A stretch of 53,451 nt of DNA. Source: Octopus bimaculoides. Lineage: Eukaryota. A model generated the notes under the pieces. That model searched no databases. It saw only the letters and a list, made by a program, of their open reading frames with translations, and had not been told where the DNA came from. The position numbers were made by a program, and so were the translations under genes. The first letter of the stretch is position 1, and every line of letters starts with the position of its first letter. Shown piece by piece: positions 13,928 to 26,779 of the stretch. Location of the stretch: assembly GCF_001194135.2 (NCBI RefSeq), contig NC_069004.1, forward strand, positions 3,393,779 through 3,447,229, written 5' to 3'.

Positions 13928-13985
13928 CCACATGAATGCTGTATAGCGACTAATTGCAAATATAAATGGCTGGAATGGAATACAT
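13928..13985 (-). CDS. Candidate exon of the second gene (CIPFQPFIFAISRYTAFMW if phase 2-0)
   Basis: Acceptor tttccacatgtatttcag|, donor |gtaaag, 58 nt, two frames open. Confidence 0.4.
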
Positions 13986-14207
13986 CTGAAATACATGTGG
14001 AAATATGTAGAAACTATTTATTAAAACAGATATAAACTAATAAAGTAGTTGTATACTGTCAACTTAACGTGACAGTCCCAATAAGGGAATATACTACTGC
14101 TGTTTAGCCCTAGGAAGCCAGACCGCTTCCTATTAGGCCTTGACACATTTCCTGTACCCTTATCCTTACGAGGGGGAGACAAACTCCTCCACCCAGCCTA
14201 GCCTGCA

Positions 14208-14250
14208 TTCAGGGACATGTTTCTGAGTCTTTGCTCGTCATCAGCCTGAA
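14208..14250 (-). ncRNA. Minimal type-I hammerhead ribozyme motif (Penelope/retrozyme type)
   Basis: Minus strand reads UUCAGG-CUGAUGA-C GAG caaaga CUC A-GAAA-C AU G-UC/CCUGAA. Perfect 6-bp stem I, intact core CUGAUGA...GAAA...UC, 3-bp stem II with a C-A mismatch at its base, palindromic ACAUGU stem III. Predicted cleavage between 14214 and 14213. Confidence 0.8.
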
Positions 14251-14616
14251 GTAGCACGACTGGCTAGATGAAGAAGTCTGTTTCACTCTGGTAAGGATAT
14301 ACTATGTTTTTCATGCTGCATTGTTTTTCCGAGTTAAGTCACATGTCTTGGAACTGATTATCAATGCAAGTCTGCAAGTGCCGGAGAGGAGAGTGAGGTG
14401 AATAGGCAAAATAACATGTTTGTCTATTTTATAAACAAGCTCGACTGTGTCACATTTTCTATGCTATGAATCACATTGCTCGTTAACTCTGGTCACAATC
14501 TAATATTATCAGTGTTGTTCACGAAAAATAAAATTATAAAAAAGTTATAAATAACCAAGGTCAGGCACCACATACATATCAAGAATTTGGAAGACTTTAC
14601 TAAGTAACTGACTCAA

Positions 14617-14819
14617 CCCTTTAGCATTCAAAATGGTCATATCCGGCGAAAACGTTCCGTTTTATGTTTAAACCAGCCAGATCCAGTCTCTCACACCTAC
14701 CCTACAATATCGTTCTAAAAATAAACAACTACATCATTGAAGTCTCACGTATGATAAATCCAAAACGGTGTGAGTAAATAAGAATTACATTTGACAGAAT
14801 AATCTGAAAAACTAAAGGG
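14617..14819 (+). mobile_element. piggyBac-like MITE, family 2
   Basis: tcaa|CCCTTTAG ... CTAAAGGG|TTAA. Inverted relative at 33636-33860. Confidence 0.75.
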
Positions 14820-15411
14820 TTAACTAAGGAGGAAGAGATTGGACAATGTAGGTCACAGATTCCCCTAAAAAAGACAGGATCATCGAGGCTGGATTGCCTA
14901 TGATTATGGGTCTGCTCAATCAGGGTCAACCTGGGGTTAAACAAGTGCTAGTGGAGAACACACACAAAGACACACACACACACACACACATATTTTTGGT
15001 TTCCACACAAGTTTCCATCTACCAAATTCACTGGCAGGGAACTGGCCAGCCTGGGGCAATAGTAGAAGATACGAGCCCAAGGTGTTGTGCGGTGAGATTG
15101 AACTCAAAACCACGTGACCTCAAAGCAAGTTCCTTAACCACAGATACATGCCTGCACCAGTACAGAACACGCTTCTGCACAGTCTCCCTCAGTGGAATTT
15201 CTCCAAACAAGGCAAGTGGATCAACCAGAGGAGACGTAGCTGTGGTATAAGGGCAAACCGTTCAAAAGTAGAACAAACTGGCTTGTCAACAGAATGAGAA
15301 AGTCTTAACGCTTCAAGCAGCACCATCTGCCAGAGGGAGATAAATGAAATAAAAAATGCCTCCTTTTAATGGTTCCGAATAGCGAGATAGACACACTCTC
15401 CTTGTACTCAC

Positions 15412-15462
15412 CCCCATACCATCAGAAAATATTACTACACAGAGATCCTTTGATTTAACCGT
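15412..15462 (-). CDS. Candidate exon of the second gene (TVKSKDLCVVIFSDGMG), phase 0-0
   Basis: Acceptor tttactattttttattag|, donor |gtgagt, 51 nt, only one frame open. Confidence 0.45.
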
Positions 15463-15689
15463 CTAATAAAAAATAGTAAACAAGAGAAGGCAATAACTGC
15501 TGAAAATGTCTGTTCAATCAAAGTTGGCACAGCAGCTACATCTCCGCCCCACCCCCCATCTCCCATACACATTCTTCTTCGCACCATCTAGCTTGTGCAC
15601 ATATACAAGCTTTCGTTTATCTGGATCGTTCTTTATCATGATGCTCGCTAGCCATTTCGTTCTAGTAGTTTCTCGATTTTTCACTTTGT

Positions 15690-15880
15690 TTATTCTTTTA
15701 CTTGTTTCAGTCATTTGACTGCGGCCATGCTGGAGCACCGCCTTTAGTCGAATCAAATCAACCCCCAGGACTTATTCTTTGTAAGCCTAGTACTTATTCT
15801 ATCAGTCTCTTTTTGCCGAACCGCTAAGTTACGGGGACCTAAACACACCAGCATCGGTTGTCAAGCGATGTTGGGGATAT

Positions 15881-15937
<57 letters not shown>

Positions 15938-16082
15938 GCTTCTTTCAGTTTCCGGCTACCAAATCCACTCACAAGGCTTTGGTTGGCCCGAGGCTATAGT
16001 AGAAGACACTTGCCCAAGGTGCCACGCAGTGGGACTGAACCCGGGACCATGTGGTTGGTAAGCAAGCTACTTAACACACATG
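15690..16082 (-). mobile_element. SINE family A, near full length, young
   Basis: Reverse complement of the family with most CpGs intact. Confidence 0.9.
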
Positions 16083-16190
16083 CTTCTTCAACTTTACGCT
16101 TCATTTTTCTTCTTCTTCTTCTTCTTCTTCAACCCCCACCAATCCCCTAATATTCCAACAAAATTTAATAAACATTTGAATTCATCAAAA

Positions 16191-16234
<44 letters not shown>

Positions 16235-16894
16235 AGAACTGTTATTTCTAGCTCCCTCACTCCCCCATTCAAAAACACAGTTGATGAACTTCAGCTTCAG
16301 CTTTTATAAGTTCTTAATTTTGTAAAATTATTCATTTATGCATTTCATCCATTAAATTCGGAATGTTTAACTAAGACCTTACTGTGTCTACATACATATA
16401 CATACACGTGTACATATGAATGGATAGGAGAGTGTACTTAAAAGCTGTTTCATCTGCTTTTAAAAACAACACAAAGTGCTCAATTATATACATCCTAAAA
16501 GAGAATGTTATTTAGATGCTATGTCATGTTAAAATAGTAACAATACACATTTATATATATAGGTGTATGTATATACACACATACGTGTTTTCATGTACAT
16601 GAGTATGTATACATATATACATACTTGTGTGTGTGTGTTGTACTAAAAACATTAGACATTTCTTCTTCACAATAAACCACTATATTTCACTTCCGAGCTG
16701 TGTACCAACTATTTATCAACACATACCATCACCAATTCCTTTGGGTCGTATCATTTACTCTACAACAGAAGACATTTTGCTCATGCTGGCATGGGTGGGA
16801 GGAGTTTTTTTGAGACATTGTTTTGAGACTAGATGTCCTTCTTGATGCCAGCATGTTTAATTATCCCTTACGTGCAGGTTCCACACAAAAGTGC

Positions 16895-17110
16895 CCCATA
16901 AAAACGCCCTGTGCTGGTGCCACACAAAAGCGCCCCATGCTGGAGCCACATAAAAGCACCCTGTGTTGGTGTCACATAAAAGCGCCCCATGCTGGTGCCA
17001 CACAAAGGCACCCTGTGCTGGTGTCACACAAAAGTGCCCTGTGCTGGTGTCACACAAAAGTGCCTCGTGCTGGTGCCACACAAAAGCACTCATGTCAGTA
17101 CCATGTAAAA
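16895..17110 (+). repeat. 26-bp minisatellite (~8 units, consensus cacacaaaagcgccctgtgctggtgc)
   Basis: Unit starts at 16921, 16947, 16973 and onward. Runs directly into the RTE/SINE tail. Confidence 0.9.
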
Positions 17111-17421
17111 GCACACAAGCAGGGAGCACGTTAAAAACACCTAGTAACACTCTGTAAAGCTGCTGGCGTTAGGAAGGGCAACAGACAAAATGGAGCCCAG
17201 GGACCTCTTGTCAAACCATCCAACCCCTGCCAGCATGGAAAACAGCTGTAAAATGATGAAGACATGCAAGGAATATAGTGTGACTGGTCTAAAATCCAGA
17301 TTACACACTATTATGAATACTTAGGTACACACGTGTGAAGAGTGCATTTAGAAGCTGTAGTTTTCCCTCTTCAGAAACAGTATGAAGTGCTCAATTGTAC
17401 ACACTCTTCAAAAGTGAGTGC

Positions 17422-17460
<39 letters not shown>

Positions 17461-18127
17461 CCCTCCTTAAAATGGGAAAGGCAGATTTGAGGATGTAGTA
17501 GCGCAAGATATACAGAAGGACCAAAAAAAAAAAAATGGGATGGCCACAGCAGGATTGTTGATGATCAGAGATAACTAAATGGCAGGGAACTAAAAAACAA
17601 CTGTTTGGTAGTTTGACCAACGAGGAAAAGAAGCCGATCCCTAAGACCTTAATGCAAGACAAAACTAGTTAATCCAATCTCTGATTCAAATTATCAAAAG
17701 ACCCATGGTTTATCCGTAGGTTCTGTTTTTCAACCTTTAGCTTTCAGGTTTCTCTGTCAAATATAAAGTTTGTTTAGTCACTTTGTTTTTGAAATTAAGC
17801 TTTGAGGCTTTGATGATGTCATCATTTTTAGAATGACATTGTAGAGCAGGCATGAAAGGTCAAATCTAGTTGGTTTGAATACAAAATGGGTGGAATATTT
17901 GGGCCAGGGGTCGATATCTTCAACTAGAAACCCTTTTAGGCGGTGCCCCAGCATGGCCGTAGTCAAATGACTGAAACAAGTAAAAGAATAAGAAAATAGA
18001 TGCTGCATAATAAATAAATAAATAAATATAAAATCGAAATGGTCACCAGTAGACTATCTTTTGATCGTATCTGTCTGTTTGGCAAGGGTTGACCAGAGGT
18101 TAAATAAAAAAAATTTTTTTTAATGCC

Positions 18128-18408
18128 ACATAGGCGTAGGAGTGACTGTGTGGTAAGTGGCTTGCTTACCAATCGCACGGTTCTAGGTTCAGTCCCACAG
18201 CGTGGTACCCGAATCACGTGTCTTCTACTATAGCCTTGTGAGTGGATTTGGTTGATGGAAACTGAAAGAAGCCCGTCCTTCCAGCATCGCTTAACAACCG
18301 ATAGAATAAGTATTAGGCTTACAAAGAATAAGTCCTGGGGGTCGATTTGTTCGACTAAGGGCGGTGCTCCAGCATGGCCGCAGTCAAATGACAAACAAAT
18401 AAAAGAAT
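18128..18408 (+). mobile_element. SINE family A, internally deleted
   Basis: taggcgtaggagtgactgtgtggtaag head and standard 3' end. Confidence 0.85.
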
Positions 18409-18478
18409 TTTAAAAAAAAGGTATCACACACAACCCTCCACCTATCCACTTACCACAAACCCGCTCCTNNNNNNNNNN

Positions 18479-18517
<39 letters not shown>

Positions 18518-18838
18518 CACCGTATATAGATGTCGTGATTATTGTAAGACATAGAAGTGTTTCACCTCGTACCACCCTCCATCTCCCACTCACAAGCAGG
18601 CTTCTGCTACTGGAATGATGATGACGATGATGATCATGACGGATGATAGTAGTAGTAGTAGTAATATTAGTAGTAGCAAAGACACTATTGATGACAATAA
18701 CAGCAGGGGCGATCGTAGTAGTAGTAGTAGTAGTAGTAGTTGAAAATATGTTGATCGTCTTAGTAGTACTACTAACAATAGCGATGACGACGACTACTAC
18801 GATGACGCTTTACCACCGTAAAAGCACACACACCTTAC

Positions 18839-18945
18839 GATGGACCAAAGGCTTTCCTGCCGTGACAATCCCGCCAGCGACGGCATCGTTCGTCCTTTCG
18901 TCGACTGCGGAGTGTGGATAAGAGGGAGATTTTTGGTTGGAATTT
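18839..18945 (-). CDS. Candidate exon of a second, unidentified minus-strand gene (possibly contains the start: MPSLAGLSRQESLWSI)
   Basis: Acceptor gtggttctcctag|, donor |gtaagg, 107 nt, GC/CpG-rich. All three frames are open, so the frame is inferred from the phase-0 exon at 15462. Confidence 0.4.
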
Positions 18946-19787
18946 CTAGGAGAACCACGACGACCACATACAATACAAGCTCCGTTGTCGGCTCGTGATA
19001 ATNNNNNNNNNNNNNNNNNNNNNNNNNNNNNNNNNNNNNNNNNNNNNNNNNNNNNNNNNNNNNNNNNNNNNNNNNNNNNNNNNNNNNNNNNNNNNNNNNN
19101 NNNNNNNNNNNNNNNNNNNNNNNNNNNNNNNNNNNNNNNNNNNNNNNNNNNNNNNNNNNNNNNNNNNNNNNNNNNNNNNNNNNNNNNNNNNNNNNNNNNN
19201 NNNNNNNNNNNNNNNNNNNNNNNNNNNNNNNNNNNNNNNNNNNNNNNNNNNNNNNNNNNNNNNNNNNNNNNNNNNNNNNNNNNNNNNNNNNNNNNNNNNN
19301 NNNNNNNNNNNNNNNNNNNNNNNNNNNNNNNNNNNNNNNNNNNNNNNNNNNNNNNNNNNNNNNNNNNNNNNNNNNNNNNNNNNNNNNNNNNNNNNNNNNN
19401 NNNNNNNNNNNNNNNNNNNNNNNNNNNNNNNNNNNNNNNNNNNNNNNNNNNNNNNNNNNNNNNNNNNNNNNNNNNNNNNNNNNNNNNNNNNNNNNNNNNN
19501 NNNNNNNNNNNNNNNNNNNNNNNNNNNNNNNNNNNNNNNNNNNNNNNNNNNNNNNNNNNNNNNNNNNNNNNNNNNNCCCACCACCACCACCAATATCTCT
19601 CAACTTAACGCACCGACCAGATATCGTTTCCGCTTCGATTTCTAAGAGACACCTTTTAATTATCTATACAAGCATATCTCCCACTCTTTCTCTCTCTCTC
19701 CCCCTCTCTCTTTCTCCACTTATTTGCCGCTTGAAAGAAACTTCTAGTTAATAATAATGGAGTGAATCATAGACCTCGAATAAGAAA

Positions 19788-19827
<40 letters not shown>

Positions 19828-20548
19828 GTATGTGTGTATATAGACACACGCTTGGGAAGCTTTTTCACGCGACCACTCCAATTATCTGAAAAATCCACAA
19901 ATATCCATAAAGTATGTATGATGATAAATATCAAAGAATAGGATATTAAAAGGATTCGATGTTTGCCATTACACACATACACACACACGAGAGAGAGAAA
20001 GAGAGGCAGGAACACAGTAACGAATTCGCGATTACCTATCTATTGACCTGAAGTGAACATTAGGGGTCAGTACAGCGAGGAAAAAAAGGATAGGGGAACA
20101 GTAGCAAGGAAAAGCAACTTACAAAGGGAGGAGGGGTAGCTAATAAAAAGAAGAAAAAAAAGAACGAACTTACATTCATCAGCAAAGAGGAGGAAGAGGA
20201 GAAGACACATGACAAAGCATGAGGGAGGGAGACGAGTAGCCATTTGAACATATACATACATATATACATACGTATATTTTATTATTATTATTATCGGTAG
20301 AATTAGAGTGGCTCAAGGGCCGAGAGTTCCGTGCAAAGAGACCAGAGAATTATTTTAACCGGTCGAAATAAATGTAAGCCTCCCCCATAACGGCACCATA
20401 ATTTGAAACCCGTTTCATAAGTCCAAACTGGACGTAACCCTCGGCCTTCCAAACACGCTGACTAATAATAAAATATACTAATATATACCGATATTTGGAT
20501 TTCTATTTTCCTTTAACACAAAACCTAAATGTATATACATATACACCT

Positions 20549-20598
<50 letters not shown>

Positions 20599-20599
20599 A

Positions 20600-21240
20600 G
20601 GATATTGTTAACTTCCGCATAATGTTATCAGCTTCGGTTCTTACTACTGTTCTCTAAAAGGCTCCGTTTATAACAGCAAGCGGGGAAAAAACAACAAAAC
20701 ACAACAAAAACGATCATATTAAGCGGCTTTCAACTGCACACAGTTCTAAGGCACTCGTGTGCCATTTTTTGTGACTGCTTTATCTCGACCGCGTGAGAAC
20801 CACAAAGAACTACAATAATTAAACAACTAAACTGGGTTAAAAATATTATATTAATTACCTTTACTTACTACCCTCAACGCAGGTGCTGACTAATATAGAA
20901 TTCTGGAGATCATATATAAATATAAATATATATAAATATATATATCATGGTTGGCTGTCAACCTATTTTAGAACGCCAAGAAGCGTTTCAATGGTTCCAT
21001 ACTAACTTCCTTCTCGCAGAACATTTTCTACCCAGACTTCTTTCTCCTTTTCTTGTCTATTCTCAATGTATAACCACATCTTATTATAACTCAAGCCTGC
21101 GTGTAATATATATATACACACACAAGGTTATATAAGCTAGTAATCTTATTGATGCGTAAATAAAATGATAGCTGAACGTATTAATTGGAGTCTAATTTAC
21201 TTCTTATTTTAATTTAATTGGTGAACACGGAAGTTGAGAG
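20600..21240. promoter_or_regulatory. Possible promoter region in a CpG-retaining block
   Basis: ETS-type motifs ACTTCCG (20611-20617) and CGGAAGT (21228-21234) in opposite orientations, a minus-strand gtaagt donor near 20865, and a position just upstream of the candidate second gene. Confidence 0.25.
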
Positions 21241-21815
21241 AATGCCGCAAGTATAGAGAGTTTGTGTGTATGTGTGTTTAGTTCATGTACTGGGGTAAAG
21301 TCGCATTATTTTGTACTAGATTTTTGCTGAAAAAAGGAAAAAAAAAAAACTGGGGCGTGACCCACACGGGGTAAAGCAAAAACTATGAAAGGACCAAGAT
21401 TTAACATTTACTTAATACACGAGTAAATGTGGGATTTCGTGTGTTGAGGTATATTTTGAGTATAGTTTAATATATATATATATCCAACATACAATGTTTT
21501 AATATCACAAAACTACGCGACAAAAAACACAAAATAATTTATCACGCACATGGCTGATAAACTCGTTTGAAAGACAGAAGAGAAATAGTTTACTACACTT
21601 AAAAAAAGAAACCGTGACGGGAACTTCTACTGCTGTAGCACGGCCTGCTAGAAATAGCAACTAAATCTACACCAAATTATAGCCTTCTGTTAGCAAAACG
21701 AAGGAGTCTCAAAGATGAGAAAATTCGTATTGTCTTAGTGACAACGCCTTTGATTACAGGTTCTTGGTCGATCAGACTAACACGGGATTACATACACCTG
21801 TCTGTCTATCTTTGA

Positions 21816-22074
21816 CAGACATGGGCAAACTGCGACCCGCGGGACTTTCCGAACGAATGGTGCGCGAACGAAATTTTACCTTGAATTTTTGGCGAAAGTA
21901 AAAAAAAAATACCTACACCCGGTGTTTAGGGTTAGGGTTTTTTGTTAGGCCGAAAAACGGGTAGTCTACGTATTCTTTACCGCCGCCGAATTTCTTTTTA
22001 GTAGTAGTGCAGATCCCCTAATACTGAACCATATCGTTTGCGGCCCGCTTCTTGACAAAAGGTGCGTACGCTTG
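21816..22074 (+). mobile_element. hAT-like MITE
   Basis: Starts CAGACATGGGCAAACTGCGACCCGCGGG, a Charlie/MER-type hAT end. Decayed right end gcggcccg...aaaaggtgcgtacgcttg. Confidence 0.6.
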
Positions 22075-23847
22075 ATTTAGGATATCCGGATTGCTTTTAC
22101 AAACAAGAGAGAGGGTTTCTATTTACAATCGAGAAGCTACAATAATTACTGATGGGTACAGAATTCGTTTCCTATCTATCAAACTGGATCAGCTTTCACT
22201 CCTGTTTGATACGCGATACGAAGATCTAAGTACTCGAGCCAAAAGCGTAACTGTGGGTGTGTGTGTATGTATACATACATACAAACACACACCCATAAAG
22301 GAAAAATATATACACACATTATATTGATACATATGCACACGGTAAATAAACTAGAGGTTGGCAACAGAGATCCGGTATCAACACCACAGTGGCAACCGTT
22401 TGTTGTGATCATATAAGGACGGAATATTCTTCACAACCTCATCCGCGATTTTTGCAAAGTGGCTTCTGTGGAAATGCGCTCTTCGCAGCTCGAGAGATCC
22501 TCGTCGTGTGCTATTCTTCCTTCAAGCGTTGAAGGGGGTAAAAAAAAAAGGTGTAATATTCGAACGAATTAATAAACTCTGCACCATATATTGCGTACTT
22601 TTCTCCTTGCTTAGACATCAAAGCAGGCATGTATGAATGTGTGTATACGTACACACACACACACACACATCTATCTATCTATGGTCATTTCATTATGTTG
22701 AACCGTTAATCCCTACTATCGCTTGACTACCGATGCTGGTGTGTTTACGTCCCCGTAAATTAGCGATTCGGCAAAAGAAACAGACAGAATAAGTACTAGG
22801 CTTACAAAGAATAAGACCTGGGATCGATTTGTTCGACTAAAGGCGGTGCTCCTGCATGGCCGTAGTCAAATGGCTGAAATAAATAAAAGAATGTGTATAC
22901 ATACACACACACACACGTGTATATATGCATATATACACATATATATAATCTTACATACACACATGATCTTAGGATGCAGTCAGAATCTGCAACTTAAAAC
23001 GAAGTGGTGTCTGCATGGTTGTTCGACTCGCTAGAAATAGCAACAACATCTCTCTTAAATATAGCTTTAAAAAAACAAAACAAGAAGTACACATTAAATA
23101 CCGTAGTTCCTGATATACAAAACGGCAGGATGGCCATCACTGGAGCGCTTTTGATCAAAAACGTCTGCACGATCAGGGTTAAACGACGAGAACACAATGT
23201 AATCCGTACAAGAAGCGGTATTGATCTGAAGTTATCGCTTGATTACTTTATTTATGAAAACACATTATATACTCATTATTTATTAAATAATTTTTTGCTT
23301 TTCGGAGCGAAAATGGACAAAAAAATATTGAGGCAAATGCCATTTTCTACACCAAAATTGAAATTCTCACATACTGGTGATATTTAATTTCTGTAGGCGA
23401 ATTAATATTTTATAAAACTGGATTTGGCTATACATATATATATATATATGTGCATATACATACATGTACATATATATGCATATACATACATGTACATATA
23501 CATATATATGTATATACATACATGTACATATATATATAGATATACATACATACACACATAGAAATTTAAGCAGTGAATTCTTCCACTTAAACAAATCTAT
23601 CTATATATATATATATACAAACATACATACATACATACATATATACACACAACCCTAAGCACTGTGGTCTTTTCTTCCTACTTCTAAAACCTATACACAT
23701 GTTCCAGCATGACTGGAACATATCAAAGAACACGTGTATATATGCTCACAGCATATACACATAGATGTATAATGTATGTATTTTATACAACTATCTAATG
23801 TATAAGAATGTTACCCACCCTCTACCCAGTCTCCTCTGGGCTTTCCT

Positions 23848-23890
23848 ATAGCATCTGAAGAAGGACTAATCTCTGAAACGCCATAACTTT
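23848..23890 (+). mobile_element. Penelope-like terminal remnant with a degenerate hammerhead core
   Basis: CTGAAGA-aggactaatctct-GAAACGCC resembles the ctgaagaagg...gaaacgtc ends of Penelope-like elements. GUC is changed to GCC and stem I is decayed. Confidence 0.45.
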
Positions 23891-23992
23891 TATTCTTTCA
23901 ATCCATCCATGAACATCAACCTAAAAATATTAAGTGTGAATGCCTCTGATAGTTTTTTTGTATGTTTGTTTGTATTTGCTTTTTGCATTTGG

Positions 23993-24370
23993 ACTCTAAT
24001 TGCGGAGGGAACCTGCGGAAGCAGTAGACCCACGAAGACGTGGTAAGAAGTGGTGAGAAAGGATCTTTAGACCCTGGCCTTCACTGAAGAAATGACAAGA
24101 GATCAGGAGTTGTGATTTGCTGTAATTGAGAAGGTGTGTTGAGCTAAGTACAATTGTCCAAACATACAGGTGTTGGTACCACATAAAATATACTTGTGCC
24201 AGTGTTGGTGGCACATGTAAAGCACCCAGTACACTCTGCAAAGTGGTTGGTATTAGGAAGGGCATTCAGCCATAGAAACCATGCCACAACAGACAATTGG
24301 AGTGTAGACAACTCCTCAGCTGGCTAGCACCTCTCAAACTGTTCAACCCATGCCAGCATGGAAAACAGAC
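23993..24370 (+). mobile_element. RTE-like LINE 3' end (decayed ORF end plus 3' UTR)
   Basis: EGTCGSSRPTKTW*EVVRKDL*TLAFTEEMTRDQEL*, followed by the aggaagggcatccagcc...ccatgccagcatggaaaa tail found repeatedly in the window. Confidence 0.7.
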
Positions 24371-24374
24371 ATTA

Positions 24375-24409
<35 letters not shown>

Positions 24410-24745
24410 CCACTGCATGGCACCTTGGGTGAGTGTCTTCTACTGTGGCCTCAAGTTAACCAAAGCCTTGTGAGTGGATTTGGTAGATGGAAACTAAAGG
24501 AAGCCCATCATGTATTGGATGTCTTTATGTCCTNNNNNNNNNNNNNNNNNNNNNNNNNNNNNNNNNNNNNNNNNNNNNNNNNNNNNNNNNNNNNNNNNNN
24601 NNNNNNNNNNNNNNNNNNNNNNNNNNNNNNNNNNNNNNNNNNNNNNNNNNNNNNNNNNNNNNNNNNNNNNNNNNNNNNNNNNNNNNNNNNNNNNNNNNNN
24701 NNNNNNNNNNNNNNNNNNNNATATATATATATATATATATATATA

Positions 24746-24960
24746 ATGTGAGGCAGATGAATGACAACAGAATTTCCAAATCGCTGTTATACGGCGAGTT
24801 GGCTCCGGGTAGAGGATCCAGAGGACGACCAAAACTGAGATTTAAGGATACATGTAAGAGCAGCCAGACCAAGTCCCCCCACACCGATGCAAAGACTTGA
24901 GAAAAGTTAGCAGAAGAAAGAACAGCATGGAAAAAACCTCGGTGAGCAAAAAGAGTCAAA
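24746..24960 (+). mobile_element. RTE-clade LINE ORF C-terminal fragment
   Basis: VRQMNDNRISKSLLYGELAPGRGSRGRPKLRFKDTCK...EKLAEERTAW, the typical post-RT tail of RTE elements, with a stop. Confidence 0.85.
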
Positions 24961-26779
24961 CAGGTTGACGAAGAAAACATTCCAGCCCTTGAAGTAAAAT
25001 GCCAAAGAAAGACAACACCCTGCAACCCCTTCCTTGCTTGCAAAACTTGATCATCAGACATAGGAGAGATCAGCTGCAGAAGGAAGACTACAGGTACTTA
25101 ATTAAGACAATAAAAAGGAAGGACTCTCCTGGTGAGGGTAACGTAGGAGTGTTCAGCTTTAGCTGGACGACCTGCACAAATGATGTGCTTATAGGGATCA
25201 AATGTATGGGCCGTACATTAGTTCACTCTCTCCATCAAATTGATGCTGCCCGAACAGGTGCCTGGTATACCACACGTCAGATGCCCAAGTGGATAGCAGA
25301 GCAATGTGAGATGGAGTTATTTCTTTATTGCCCACCACAAGGGGCTAAGCATAGAGGGGACAAACAAGGACAGACAAAGGGATTAAGTCGATTGCATTGA
25401 CTCCCAGTGCGTAACTGGTACTTATTTAATCAACCCTGAAAGGATGAAAGGCAAAGTCTACCTCGGCAGAATTTGAACTCCGAACGTAACGGCAAAAGAA
25501 ATACTGCTAAGCATTTCGCCCGGCGTGCTAACGATTCTGCCAGCAATGTGAGATGAAGTGTTCTGCTCAAGAACACAACCTGGTCTGGGAATTGAAATCA
25601 CAATCTTGTGATTGTGAGTGCAACACTCTAATCACCTGGCCATGCATCCTCATTAATAATAATAATGGTTTCAAATTTTGCCACAAGGATAGCATTTTGG
25701 GGGGAGGGGAGTAGTTGATTACATCGACCCCAGTGTTCAACTGGTACTTATTTTATCGACCCCAAAAGGATAAATGGCAAAGTCAACCCTGGTAGAATTT
25801 GAACTCAGAATGTAGCAGCAGGCGAAATACTGTTAAGCATTTCATCCAGCATGCTAACGATTTTGCTAATACAGGCTTTCATCCTTCCAGACTTGATAAA
25901 ATTCAAATACCAGTCAAGCAGACAAAGGCTGAGGTCGATGGCATCAACAAATGCCCTAGTCTAAAATTTCAGGTCTAGAAGAAGCCACCACATCGAAGCG
26001 CAGACAAAATGTGGTGTAGTCTTCTGGTTTCCTGACCCATACCAGCTTGGAGTAAGGGACGTTAAATGATGATCAGGAGCTAATTAGAATCGTTAGAGCA
26101 CCAGAGAAAAGGCATTGCGGGATTTGTAGAAGCACTTCAAATTCCGAGTTGAAACTCAGCCCCCTACTCAGCTTTACCTTTCATACTTACGGGGTCGACG
26201 AAATAAAGTACCAGTCAAATACTAGGGATGAGGGAACAGACTAACCCCTTTCCCTTCAAAATTACTAGCCCCCTGCCTAAATTGCGAATAATAATTATTC
26301 TCACTAGAACTGGTATTAATTTTTATCTGGTGGACAGGTGAAAGGCGAAGGTTCATTGGTCTAGAGAGCAGTGGTTTCTCAACCAGGATCCATATAAGAT
26401 TTCTGGGGGTCCATGCAACAAAATAGTAAATTGGAGATCCATGATAGAATAAGCACCAGGCTTTAAAAAGAAAAAAATAGGTACTGGGGTGAATACATTC
26501 AATTAAAAATTCTTCAGGGAGGTGTCCAAAAAAAAAAAGAAAAAAAAAGGAGTCCCTGAAGAATCAACAATCAAACTGACCTCAGCTGGATTTGAACTCA
26601 AAACATAATGGAATGACGATGATGATATTTGTAACATAAACCACATGGCCAACAAATGTTTTGAGCCAACCCCCAAGAGAGTACCAAACACCTTTTTAAT
26701 AAATGATGAAATCTATATGTCAGGGATTGGAACTGGTTCAGGAAAATATATCTTCGATCAAGTTTATTCTTACTACATT

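Noticed and set aside
15150-15260. Protein-like peptide SPLVDPLALFGEIPLRETVQKRVLY (minus strand)
   Set aside because: Runs into a SINE with no usable donor, and its phase does not fit the neighbouring candidate exon.
16895-17110. CRISPR-like array
   Set aside because: Units are contiguous 26-mers with no unique spacers, there are no cas genes, the DNA is eukaryotic and the unit derives from a retroelement tail.
21925-21940. Interstitial telomeric repeat ttagggttaggg
   Set aside because: Only two units, inside a MITE; compatible with chance.
22091-22560. Open frames in the CpG-rich block (both strands)
   Set aside because: No recognisable motif and no consistent splice-site pair; could be UTR or promoter sequence.
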